Shown piece by piece: positions 27,149 to 36,177 of a stretch of DNA of 64,000 nt. A program made the position numbers and the translations under genes. Below the pieces are notes generated by a model, which did no database searches, was not told the DNA's origin, and was given only the letters and a program-made list of their open reading frames with translations. Every line of letters starts with the position of its first letter. The first letter of the stretch is position 1. The stretch is from an uncultured Eubacteriales bacterium (GTDB taxonomy: Bacteria > Bacillota > Clostridia > Lachnospirales > CAG-274), in the NCBI GenBank assembly GCA_905201505.1, contig CAJKOJ010000001.1, forward strand, positions 8,723 through 72,722. The letters run 5' to 3'.

Positions 27149-27583
27149 ATGAGAGACTATATAAGAAAGGTTCAGTATTATGAAACCGATAAAATGGGGA
27201 TTGTACACCATTCAAATTATATAAAGTGGTTTGAAGAAGCAAGAATTTTCTGTATGAATGAAATGGGGTACAGCTATAAGAAAATGGAGGATATAGGCAT
27301 TATGATACCGGTGCTTGGTGTAAATGCAATATATAAATCAGGGGCCGCCTATGGTGATGATGTTGTTGTTAAAACAAAGATTGAAAAAATAACACCGGTA
27401 AAAATGAGCTTTGTATATGAAATAACAGATGCTGTAACAGAGGAATTAAGGGTAACAGGAAAGACCGAACACTGTTTTGTGGACAGCAGCTTTAAGCCAT
27501 GCAGTATAAAAAAGAAATTTCCGGAGTTTTATGAAAAATGTCTGAAAATGTCAGTTGGCAGTGAAAGTACAAAAAGGGTGTAA
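27149..27583 (+). CDS. Acyl-CoA/acyl-ACP thioesterase, 4HBT (YbgC-like) hotdog fold
   Basis: VQYYETDKMGIVHHSNYIKWFEEAR: catalytic Asp in the context typical of the YbgC family. Confidence 0.75.
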   Translation: MRDYIRKVQYYETDKMGIVHHSNYIKWFEEARIFCMNEMGYSYKKMEDIGIMIPVLGVNAIYKSGAAYGDDVVVKTKIEKITPVKMSFVYEITDAVTEELRVTGKTEHCFVDSSFKPCSIKKKFPEFYEKCLKMSVGSESTKRV

Positions 27584-27632
27584 ATTTGAAGTGAAAGTTT
27601 GTGCCCTATAATACTTATAGCCTTATATCATA

Positions 27633-27661
27633 TTGACTTTTTGGCTTAAATAGTATATACT
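27633..27661 (+). promoter_or_regulatory. Sigma-A promoter of the fab operon
   Basis: TTGACT (27633..27638), 17 nt spacer, TATACT (27656..27661). Confidence 0.6.
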
Positions 27662-27677
27662 TTGATTATCAAAGTAT
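27657..27677. promoter_or_regulatory. FabT operator: perfect 10-1-10 palindrome
   Basis: ATACTTTGATTATCAAAGTAT. The core matches the streptococcal/lactococcal FabT box ANTTTGATTATCAAATT. Overlaps the -10 and +1. Confidence 0.75.
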
Positions 27678-27695
27678 TTGGGGAGGCATTGGCTT

Positions 27696-28133
27696 ATGGA
27701 AAGTACAATGGTTACATTAAATAGGCTTATAAGTGGTGCCTTTAATGATATGTCAAGAAGTGAACAGCTGGCTATTAAAGCAAGTGGATTTGAAGATGTT
27801 TCTGTTAATGAGGCACATACAGTAGACGCAATTGGTGCTTATGTGCCTAAAACTATGTCTGCTGTTGCTGAAAAGCTTGACATAACTATGGGAACTCTTA
27901 CAGTAGCAATTAACCATTTGGTCAAGAAAGGCTATGTGTACAAGGCTAGAAATGATAAAGATAAGCGTGTTTTTATGCTTAGTCTTACGGATAAAGGCAG
28001 AGAGCTTTTTAAGGCTCATCAAAAGTTCCATTTTGAACTTGTGAAGTCTCTTATTATGGACTTATCCGATTACGAAGCAGATATGTTTATTGAAGCTCTT
28101 TCAAGCCTTAATCAGTTCCTTAAAAGAGGGTAA
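27696..28133 (+). CDS. fabT: MarR-family fatty-acid synthesis repressor FabT
   Basis: MarR winged-helix protein. First gene of the fab cluster. ATG 27696 lies 9 nt after GGAGG. Confidence 0.75.
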   Translation: MESTMVTLNRLISGAFNDMSRSEQLAIKASGFEDVSVNEAHTVDAIGAYVPKTMSAVAEKLDITMGTLTVAINHLVKKGYVYKARNDKDKRVFMLSLTDKGRELFKAHQKFHFELVKSLIMDLSDYEADMFIEALSSLNQFLKRG

Positions 28134-28162
28134 GCTTAAACTATTGACAAAAGGAGAAAATT

Positions 28163-29134
28163 ATGTTGAAAACAGGTATTATAGCTGTAGATAGTTATGC
28201 ACCTGAAAGGGTAGTTACAAATGACGATTTAAGTCAGGTTGTTGATACCAATGATGAGTGGATATATAGCCGTACAGGCATAAAGACAAGACATTTGTCT
28301 GAGGGTGAAAATACATCACAGCTTTGTATAGAAGTTGCAAAAAGGCTTTTAAAGAAAACAGGGACAAGCCCTGAGGAAATTGGCCTTATAATAGTGGGAA
28401 CAATTACTCCCGATTATGCAACACCAAGTACAGCATGTCTTGTGCAGGGTGCTATTGGTGCGGTAAATGCTTTTGCCTTTGATATTAGTGCAGCATGCAG
28501 CGGATTTGTTTATTCAATGAGTATAGCTGATAAGTTTATAAAAAATGGAACCTGCAAAAAAGCTATGGTTATAGGTGCGGAAACATTGTCAAAGATTGTT
28601 GACTGGGAAGACAGATCAACCTGTGTTCTCTTTGGCGACGGTGCCGGAGGTGCACTTCTTGCACTATGTGAAGAGGGCGGAATACTTGCTGAGGATCTGC
28701 ATGCCAAAGGTGAGGACGGACTTAAACTTACAGGCAGCAGCAGGCAGGTAAATAATATGCTTTGTAAAGCTGAAGAAAATGATAATAAGTATCTGGCTAT
28801 GGACGGAAGGGCAATATTTAACTTTTCTACTAAAGTAGTCCCTGCAAGTATAAAGAACATACTTGAAAATGCAGGACTTTCTGCTGATGATATTAAATAT
28901 GTTATTCCTCATCAGGCAAATTCGAGAATTATTGATGTTGTTGCTAAAAAGCTTGGAATGCCTATTGAAAAGTTTTATCTAAATCTTTCTGAATACGGAA
29001 ATACTTCTGCAGGCAGTATACCTATTGCTTTAGCGGAAATGGATAAAGAAGGGCTCATTGAAAAGGGCGATAAAATTATTATTACAGGTTTTGGCGGTGG
29101 CTTAACCTGGGGCAGTATACTGATAGAATGGTAA
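28163..29134 (+). CDS. fabH: 3-oxoacyl-ACP synthase III
   Basis: Active-site context AACSGF; HQAN; GNTSAGSIP. Confidence 0.9.
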   Translation: MLKTGIIAVDSYAPERVVTNDDLSQVVDTNDEWIYSRTGIKTRHLSEGENTSQLCIEVAKRLLKKTGTSPEEIGLIIVGTITPDYATPSTACLVQGAIGAVNAFAFDISAACSGFVYSMSIADKFIKNGTCKKAMVIGAETLSKIVDWEDRSTCVLFGDGAGGALLALCEEGGILAEDLHAKGEDGLKLTGSSRQVNNMLCKAEENDNKYLAMDGRAIFNFSTKVVPASIKNILENAGLSADDIKYVIPHQANSRIIDVVAKKLGMPIEKFYLNLSEYGNTSAGSIPIALAEMDKEGLIEKGDKIIITGFGGGLTWGSILIEW

Positions 29135-29181
29135 ATTTTATATTCATATAAATAAAGAAAGGCAATGAAAAGGTGAAATTG

Positions 29182-30117
29182 ATGAAAACTAGAATTTGTG
29201 ATATGTTAGGTATAAAATACCCTATTTTTCAAGGTGCTATGGCTTGGATAGCTGATGCAAGTCTTGCTTCTGCTGTTTCTAATGCAGGGGGATTAGGTAT
29301 TATTGCCGCAGGTAATGCTCCTGCTGATGTGGTGAGAGAAGAAATAAGAAAATGCAAGGAGCTTACAGATAAGCCTTTTGGTGTAAATATTATGCTTTTA
29401 TCTCCTTTTGTAGAGGACATAGTTGACCTTGTATGCGAAGAAGGGGTTAAGGTTGTAACAACAGGTGCAGGTAATCCATCTAAGTTTATGGAAAAGTTTA
29501 AGGAAAATGGTATATGCCTTATTCCTGTTGTTCCGTCTGTAGCACAGGCTAAAAAAATGGAAAAGATTGGAGCAGGTGCTGTAATTGCTGAAGGTATGGA
29601 ATCAGGCGGACACATAGGAAAGCTGACTACAATGGCACTTGTTCCTCAGGTTGTTGACGCTGTAAGTATTCCTGTGCTTGCAGCAGGAGGAATTGCTGAC
29701 GGAAGAGGTATGGCAGCAGGTTTTATGCTTGGTGCAGAAGGTGTACAAATTGGTACACGCTTCCTTGTTGCAAATGAGTGTACTGTACATGAAAATTATA
29801 AAGCAAAGATTTTGAAGGCAAATGATATTGCAACTGTTATTACAGGAAATATTACAGGTCACCCTGTAAGAGTAATAAAAAATAAACTTGCAAATGCTTT
29901 CTTAAAGGCTGAAAAGGAAGAAATGGGCAGAGAAGAACCTGATATGGCAAGATTTGACCAGCTTGGTACAGGTGCTTTGCAGAAGTCCGTTAGGATGGGC
30001 GATGTTGACAATGGTTCTGTAATGAGCGGTCAGATTGCAGGTATGGTAAACAAGGAACAGTCTTGTGAAGAGATAATAAATGAAATAATGAGTCAATTTG
30101 AGGAGCTTGTAAAATAA
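29182..30117 (+). CDS. fabK: Enoyl-ACP reductase II (FMN-dependent, NMO-like)
   Basis: YPIFQGAMAWIA..., GGLGII, ESGGHIG. Position within the fab cluster. Confidence 0.85.
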   Translation: MKTRICDMLGIKYPIFQGAMAWIADASLASAVSNAGGLGIIAAGNAPADVVREEIRKCKELTDKPFGVNIMLLSPFVEDIVDLVCEEGVKVVTTGAGNPSKFMEKFKENGICLIPVVPSVAQAKKMEKIGAGAVIAEGMESGGHIGKLTTMALVPQVVDAVSIPVLAAGGIADGRGMAAGFMLGAEGVQIGTRFLVANECTVHENYKAKILKANDIATVITGNITGHPVRVIKNKLANAFLKAEKEEMGREEPDMARFDQLGTGALQKSVRMGDVDNGSVMSGQIAGMVNKEQSCEEIINEIMSQFEELVK

Positions 30118-30202
30118 GAATTGCTTAATTTCGGCTTACATAAGTTGGCAGATTATAAATAGATAACATAAAATAATCTATTTTTACAGTATGGAGGAAA
30201 TT

Positions 30203-31144
30203 ATGAAAACAGCGTTTATTTTCAGTGGTCAGGGTTCACAGTATGCCGGTATGGGTAAGGAACTTTATGATAACTATGAATGTGTAAAAGAGGTTTTTGA
30301 CAAGGCGGATGAAGTTCTTGATTTTAAGGTAACAGAAATGTGTTTTGGTGAGGATGAGAGGCTTAATGAAACTGAATATACACAGCCGGCACTTCTTACT
30401 ATGAGCTATGCTGTATATAAGCTTATGGAAGAAAAAGGATTAAAGGCAGATTATGTTGCGGGACTTAGTCTTGGTGAATATTCTGCTCATGCTGTAAGCG
30501 GAACAATGAACTTTGAAGAAGCCGTTAAGCTTGTAAGAAAAAGAGGTAAGTTTATGACTGAGGCTGTACCTAAGGGCGAGGGTGCTATGTGTGCAGTGTT
30601 AAGTCTTGATGCAGATAAAATTCAGGAAGCTTGTAATGAAGTTTCCGGAACAGGCAGATGTATGATTGCAAATTATAACGCTCCAGGTCAGATTGTTATA
30701 GCCGGTGATAAGGAAGCTGTTGAAAAGGCAAGTGAACTTGTTAAAGAAAAAGGTGCAAAAAGAGCTGTTATGCTTAATGTTAGCGGACCTTTCCATACAT
30801 CTCTTTTAAAGCCAGCCGCTGACAAGCTCAGTGAGGAACTTAATAATATTGAATTAAAGGATATGACTATTCCTGTTATTACAAATTTAACTGCTGAGGT
30901 TGTTGAGGATAAGAGCCAGGTTAAAGATATTCTTACAAAACAGGTTATGAATCCTGTTAAATGGGAACAGTCTGTTAAAAAAATGATTGAACTGGGTGTT
31001 GACACTTTTGTAGAAATGGGACCGGGAAAAACTTTATCAAGTTTTGTGAAAAAGGCTGCAAAGGAAGTTGGTGCTGATGTTGCAATTTATAATGTTGAGG
31101 ATTTAAAGACGCTTGAAAAGACTTTAGGAGGGTTGGGTTTATAA
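30203..31144 (+). CDS. fabD: Malonyl-CoA:ACP transacylase
   Basis: FIFSGQGSQYAGMG and GLSLGEYSA motifs. Confidence 0.9.
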   Translation: MKTAFIFSGQGSQYAGMGKELYDNYECVKEVFDKADEVLDFKVTEMCFGEDERLNETEYTQPALLTMSYAVYKLMEEKGLKADYVAGLSLGEYSAHAVSGTMNFEEAVKLVRKRGKFMTEAVPKGEGAMCAVLSLDADKIQEACNEVSGTGRCMIANYNAPGQIVIAGDKEAVEKASELVKEKGAKRAVMLNVSGPFHTSLLKPAADKLSEELNNIELKDMTIPVITNLTAEVVEDKSQVKDILTKQVMNPVKWEQSVKKMIELGVDTFVEMGPGKTLSSFVKKAAKEVGADVAIYNVEDLKTLEKTLGGLGL

Positions 31145-31875
31145 TGAAGGATAAGACTGTTATAGTTACAGGCGGTGCTAAGGGCATTGGTAAGGCTATT
31201 GCTCTTAAATTTGCATCAGAGGGTGCAAATATTGTATTAAATTACAGAAGTACATCTCCTGAAGGGGTTAAAAATGAAATTGAGGCTATGGGAGTAAAGT
31301 GCCTTAGCGTACAGGCTGATGTAAGCAAGACAGAGGAAGCACAAAAGTTAGCTGATGCTGCAATTGCTGAATTTGGCGGAATAGATGTGCTTATAAATAA
31401 TGCTGGTATTACAAGAGATACTTTACTTATGAGAATGAGCGAAGAGGATTTTGACGCTGTTATTGAAACTAATCTTAAAGGCTGTTTTAATATGATTAAA
31501 GCAGTAAATAAAACTATGATGAAAAAAAGAAGCGGTGCTATTATAAATATGTCAAGTGTTATCGGCCTTGCCGGCAATGTGGGACAGGTAAACTATGCTG
31601 CAAGCAAAGCTGGTGTTTTGGGTATTACTTACAGTGTTGCTAAGGAACTTGCTTCAAGAAATATTACATGCAATGCTATTGCACCTGGTATGATTGCAAC
31701 AGATATGACAGATGTGCTTTCAGATAAGGTAAAGGAACAAATTCTTGAGGGAATTCCGCTGAAGAGATTTGGACAGCCTGAAGAAATTGCGGAAACAGCT
31801 CTCTTCCTTGCAAAGTCAAAGTATATTACAGGTCAGGTTATCACTGTTGACGGTGGTATGGTAATAGGCAGATAA
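31144..31875 (+). CDS. fabG: 3-oxoacyl-ACP reductase
   Basis: SDR motifs TGGAKGIG, NNAG, YAASK. ATGA overlap with fabD. Confidence 0.9.
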   Translation: MKDKTVIVTGGAKGIGKAIALKFASEGANIVLNYRSTSPEGVKNEIEAMGVKCLSVQADVSKTEEAQKLADAAIAEFGGIDVLINNAGITRDTLLMRMSEEDFDAVIETNLKGCFNMIKAVNKTMMKKRSGAIINMSSVIGLAGNVGQVNYAASKAGVLGITYSVAKELASRNITCNAIAPGMIATDMTDVLSDKVKEQILEGIPLKRFGQPEEIAETALFLAKSKYITGQVITVDGGMVIGR

Positions 31876-32013
31876 GAATTGAAGAATATATAAAATTTTA
31901 AAAAGGTTAGTATAATATGTTTATATATTTTGTAATAGACATTTAAAGCCTAAAAAAACAGTTATTTTGTTTAAATATTGAAATTTATAGTCTGAATTGT
32001 TAGGAGGATAATT

Positions 32014-33246
32014 ATGGAACGTAGAGTAGTTATTACCGGTATGGGTGCTTTAACACCTATTGGTAACAATGTTAATGAGTTCTGGGACAGTTTAAAAAAC
32101 GGTAAGAACGGTATTGGTCTTATTACACGCTTTGATACAACAGACAGTAAAGTTAAGTGTGCGGGTGAAATCAAAGATTTTGATCCTGCATCTGTTGTAG
32201 AGAAAAAAGAAGTTAAAAGAAATGATTTATTCAGTATTTATGCCATGGCCGCAGCTGATGAAGCTGTTAAAATGTCAGGAATTGACCTTGATGGCATAGA
32301 CAAGCATAGATTTGGTGTAATTATTGGTTCAGGTATTGGTGGTCTTTGCACTATTGAGGAGCAGGCAATTAAAATGGCTGAAAAGGGTATGTCAAGAATT
32401 GCTCCGCTCTTTATACCTATGGCTATATCTAATATGGCAGCAGGTAATGTTGCTATAAGATTTGGTGCAAGAGGTACTTGTCTTGATATTGTAACTGCAT
32501 GTGCAACTGCTACACACTCTATAGGTGAAGCATTCAGAAGTATTAAGCATGGTTACAGTGACTATGTACTTGCAGGCGGTGCAGAAGCATCTATATGTAA
32601 ATTAGGTATAGGCGGCTTTGCTGCATTAAAGGCACTTTCAACAAGTGATGATCCTGAGAGAGCATCTATTCCTTTTGATAAGGAAAGAGGCGGATTTGTA
32701 ATGGGTGAAGGTGCAGGTATATTGTTTATGGAATCTCTTGATTCTGCTAAGGCAAGAGGTGCTGAAATTCTTGCTGAGGTTGTGGGATATGGTTCAACTT
32801 GTGATGCTCATCACATTACAGCACCTATGCCTGACGGAGCATGCAAGGCAATGGAAGCAGCTATGGCTGAGGCAGGTATAGATAAGAGTGAAGTTGGTTA
32901 TATAAATGCTCACGGAACATCAACTCCTGCAAATGATTCATCTGAAACAACAGCTATTAAATCTGCATTTGGAGAATATGCAAAGGAACTTAATATAAGT
33001 TCAACAAAATCCATGACAGGTCATTTGCTTGGTGCAACAGGCGGGGTTGAGGCTATTGCAACTGTGCTTGCTCTTAGAAACGGAGTTATTCCTCCTACTA
33101 TAGGCTATAAAGTACCTGATGAGGAATGTGACCTTAACTATACTGTAAATAAGGCTGTTGAAAGAGATGTTAAATACGCATTAAGTAATACATTAGGTTT
33201 TGGCGGTCATAATGGTGTACTTTGTTTAAAGAAATGGGAGGAGTAA
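32014..33246 (+). CDS. fabF: 3-oxoacyl-ACP synthase II
   Basis: [14 protein letters not shown] active-site Cys; HGTSTPAND; GHLLGATG. Confidence 0.9.
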   Translation: MERRVVITGMGALTPIGNNVNEFWDSLKNGKNGIGLITRFDTTDSKVKCAGEIKDFDPASVVEKKEVKRNDLFSIYAMAAADEAVKMSGIDLDGIDKHRFGVIIGSGIGGLCTIEEQAIKMAEKGMSRIAPLFIPMAISNMAAGNVAIRFGARGTCLDIVTACATATHSIGEAFRSIKHGYSDYVLAGGAEASICKLGIGGFAALKALSTSDDPERASIPFDKERGGFVMGEGAGILFMESLDSAKARGAEILAEVVGYGSTCDAHHITAPMPDGACKAMEAAMAEAGIDKSEVGYINAHGTSTPANDSSETTAIKSAFGEYAKELNISSTKSMTGHLLGATGGVEAIATVLALRNGVIPPTIGYKVPDEECDLNYTVNKAVERDVKYALSNTLGFGGHNGVLCLKKWEE

Positions 33247-33250
33247 TAAA

Positions 33251-33673
33251 ATGTTGGATATTAAAGAAATTCAGAAGATATTACCTCACAGATACCCATT
33301 TTTGTTAATAGACAGAGTACTTGAAATGGAAGAAGGCAAAAAGTGTGTTGCACTTAAGAATGTGACAATGAATGAACCTTTTTTTCAGGGACATTTTCCT
33401 CAGGAACCTGTTATGCCGGGGGTGCTTATTATTGAAGCACTTGCACAGACAGGTGCGGTTGCTATGCTTTCAATGGAAGATTTTAAAGGTAAGATTGCTT
33501 TCTTTGGTGGTATAGACAAGGCTAAATTCAGAGGTAAGGTTGTACCGGGAGATACATTGCGTCTTGAAGTGGAAATGATTAAAATTAAGCGTAATGCCGG
33601 TATTGGTAAGGGTGTTGCTTATGTTGGAGATAAAAAGGTTGCCGAAGGCGAACTTACATTTATGATTGGCTAA
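33251..33673 (+). CDS. fabZ: 3-hydroxyacyl-ACP dehydratase
   Basis: [31 protein letters not shown]. Confidence 0.9.
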   Translation: MLDIKEIQKILPHRYPFLLIDRVLEMEEGKKCVALKNVTMNEPFFQGHFPQEPVMPGVLIIEALAQTGAVAMLSMEDFKGKIAFFGGIDKAKFRGKVVPGDTLRLEVEMIKIKRNAGIGKGVAYVGDKKVAEGELTFMIG

Positions 33674-33686
33674 TGAGGTGCTGAAA

Positions 33687-34622
33687 ATGAAATTGTTTGA
33701 AAATATTAAATCCGGCATTGACAAAATTAGTGTTGATACTCTTAAAGGTAAGGTTGAGGCAATAAAGGAAACAATGCCCAAAAAGGAAAAATCCGAAAAA
33801 AAAGAAGAAAAGGTAACTGAAAAGAAAGAGGAAATTCCTGAAGGACATATTAAATGTCCTGACTGCGGAAATATTATTGAAAAGAAGGCTTTAGGTTCTT
33901 TGAAAATTTGTCCAAAGTGTGCAAAGCTTTTCAGAATGAATGCAAGAGACAGAATAAGAGCTATTGCTGATAAAGATAGCTTTGAAGAATTTGATATAAA
34001 TATGGAGTCTGAAAATCCACTTAACTTTCCTGATTATTCTGCTAAGATAAAGAGTTTGCAGGAAAAAACAGGATTAAAAGACGCTGTTAAAACAGGTAAG
34101 TGTACTATAGGAGGCAGACCTTGTGTAATTGCTGTTATGGACAGTGGATTTATGATGGGATCACTTGGTTCTGTTGTAGGTGAAAAAATTACAAGAGCCT
34201 TCGAATATGCTACAGAGCATAAAATGGCTATTATTGTGTTTACATGTTCCGGCGGTGCAAGAATGCAGGAGGGTATTGTGTCTCTTATGCAGATGGCTAA
34301 GGTAAGTGCTGCCTGTGCAAAGCATTCAGAGGCAGGTTTATTATATGTAACTGTGCTTACCGACCCTACTACAGGCGGTGTAACTGCGAGCTATGCTATG
34401 CTTGGTGACATTATATTGGCAGAGCCAAAGACTCTTATAGGATTTGCCGGCAGACGTGTTATAGAGGGTACTATAAAGCAGAAACTGCCTGATGAGTTCC
34501 AAACATCTGAATTTTTGCTTGAGCATGGATTTGTTGACGCTATTGTTGAGAGAGAAAAGCTTTCTTCGGTTTTGAAGAGAATTCTCAAGCTTCACAATGT
34601 TAAGAAAGTAGGTGAAGAATAA
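33687..34622 (+). CDS. accD: Acetyl-CoA carboxylase carboxyltransferase beta subunit
   Basis: Zn-ribbon CPDCGN...CPKC, then the crotonase-like CT domain. Lys/Glu-rich N-terminal extension. Confidence 0.85.
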   Translation: MKLFENIKSGIDKISVDTLKGKVEAIKETMPKKEKSEKKEEKVTEKKEEIPEGHIKCPDCGNIIEKKALGSLKICPKCAKLFRMNARDRIRAIADKDSFEEFDINMESENPLNFPDYSAKIKSLQEKTGLKDAVKTGKCTIGGRPCVIAVMDSGFMMGSLGSVVGEKITRAFEYATEHKMAIIVFTCSGGARMQEGIVSLMQMAKVSAACAKHSEAGLLYVTVLTDPTTGGVTASYAMLGDIILAEPKTLIGFAGRRVIEGTIKQKLPDEFQTSEFLLEHGFVDAIVEREKLSSVLKRILKLHNVKKVGEE

Positions 34623-35416
34623 TGCCGGCTTATGATAAGGTGAAAATTGCCAGAAAGGTATCAAGACCTACTGCACTTGATTATATTGAGCATATTTTTG
34701 ATGAATTTATAGAGTTTCACGGTGACAGAAATTTTAGAGACGATGCTGCTATTGTAGGTGGTATTGCACTTCTTAAAGGTGAACCTGTAACTGTAATAGG
34801 TGTGCAGAAGGGTAAAACAATGGAGGAAAACATTGCAAGAAACTTTGGACAGCCGCACCCTGAGGGTTACAGAAAGGCTTTAAGGCTAATGAAGCAGGCT
34901 GAAAAGTTCGGCAGACCTATTATAAACTTTGTCAATACAAGCGGTGCTTATTGTGGTGTAGGTGCTGAAGAGAGAGGACAGGGTGAAGCTATTGCCAAGA
35001 ACCTTATGGAAATGGCTAATTTAAGAGTTCCTACAATTTCTATTGTTATTGGTGAAGGCGGAAGCGGCGGTGCGTTGGCTCTTACAGTAACAGACAGAGT
35101 GTGGATGCTTGAAAATTCAGTATACTGTGTTCTTTCTCCGGAAGGATTTGCAAGTATACTTTGGAAAGATCCTAAGAAGGCTAAAGAGGCAGCTGATGTT
35201 ATGAAAATAACAGCTGATGATCTTCTTGAACTTAATGTAGTTGAAAAGGTTATCAAGGAAGTTGACGGAGGCTGTCAGAATGATTTTGGATTTACTGCTA
35301 ATTTGCTTAAATCTAAACTTGAAAATGAAATTGAAATGTTAAAGGCTAAGGATGTAGATACCCTTTTAGCTGAAAGGTATGAAAGATTTAGAAAATTCGG
35401 TGAATTTACTGAATAA
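34622..35416 (+). CDS. accA: Acetyl-CoA carboxylase carboxyltransferase alpha subunit
   Basis: [38 protein letters not shown]. Confidence 0.9.
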   Translation: MPAYDKVKIARKVSRPTALDYIEHIFDEFIEFHGDRNFRDDAAIVGGIALLKGEPVTVIGVQKGKTMEENIARNFGQPHPEGYRKALRLMKQAEKFGRPIINFVNTSGAYCGVGAEERGQGEAIAKNLMEMANLRVPTISIVIGEGGSGGALALTVTDRVWMLENSVYCVLSPEGFASILWKDPKKAKEAADVMKITADDLLELNVVEKVIKEVDGGCQNDFGFTANLLKSKLENEIEMLKAKDVDTLLAERYERFRKFGEFTE

Positions 35417-35424
35417 TTAAATTT

Positions 35425-35466
35425 AGGAGCTGTTGATAAAATCTAATTTTGCAACAGCTCCTTTTG
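35425..35466 (+). terminator. Rho-independent terminator after accA
   Basis: AGGAGCTGTTG ... CAACAGCTCCT followed by TTTT. Confidence 0.75.
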
Positions 35467-35642
35467 TAATAAAAATTACAAAGGTTTATATAAAAAGTGA
35501 TTAAAAAAATAACTCGTGATGAATTGGGGATTTGTCAGCAATTTTATATAACAAGTACTGAAGTATTAGCTAAAGCAGTTATGTAAAGCAAAATAATTAT
35601 AATTAAATTCTTATAATATAAGTAATGTAAAGGAGATTGTAT

Positions 35643-36062
35643 ATGGAAAAAATCAAACTAAATTGTGTAAGTAAACCTAAAGTTGCTTTTATATGCGTTC
35701 ATAATTCATGCAGAAGTCAAATAGCTGAGGCATTAGGACGTAAGTTAGCTTCTGATATATTTGAAAGCTATTCAGCCGGTACGGAGATAAAGGCCAATAT
35801 AAACAATGACGCAGTAAGGATTATGAAAGAAATATATGATATTGATATGGAAAAGGAACAGTACAGTAAGCTGATTGAAAGTATACCTAAACCTGATATA
35901 GCAGTGTTTATGGGGTGCAATGTAAGCTGTCCTACACTTAAAGCAGAATACAGCGAGAATTGGGGGCTTGATGACCCTACAGGAAAATCAGATGAAGAGT
36001 TTAAAAAGATAATTCATAAAGTTGAGGAAAATATTTTATCATTAAAGGAAAGACTGAAATAA
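35643..36062 (+). CDS. arsC: Arsenate reductase, thioredoxin-coupled LMW-PTP type
   Basis: CVHNSCRS P-loop (CX5R) plus downstream GCNVSCP Cys pair. About 140 aa. Confidence 0.8.
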   Translation: MEKIKLNCVSKPKVAFICVHNSCRSQIAEALGRKLASDIFESYSAGTEIKANINNDAVRIMKEIYDIDMEKEQYSKLIESIPKPDIAVFMGCNVSCPTLKAEYSENWGLDDPTGKSDEEFKKIIHKVEENILSLKERLK

Positions 36063-36177
36063 AAATGTAATATTGATATTTAAACTTAATGTTAATTTAA
36101 TAAAAAAATATTGCAACTTTTAACGATATATGAGAAAATATAAGAGTAAGATATTTTATACTGAAAGGAGTAGGAAT

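Noticed and set aside
35566-35573. A TTAGCTAA 8-mer upstream of arsC, which might have been a fourth copy of the metal-operon motif.
   Set aside because: By my rough estimate a bare 8-mer palindrome of this composition is expected about twice per 64 kb by chance. The extended 6-2-6 structure and the AGCTAACTG extension are both absent.
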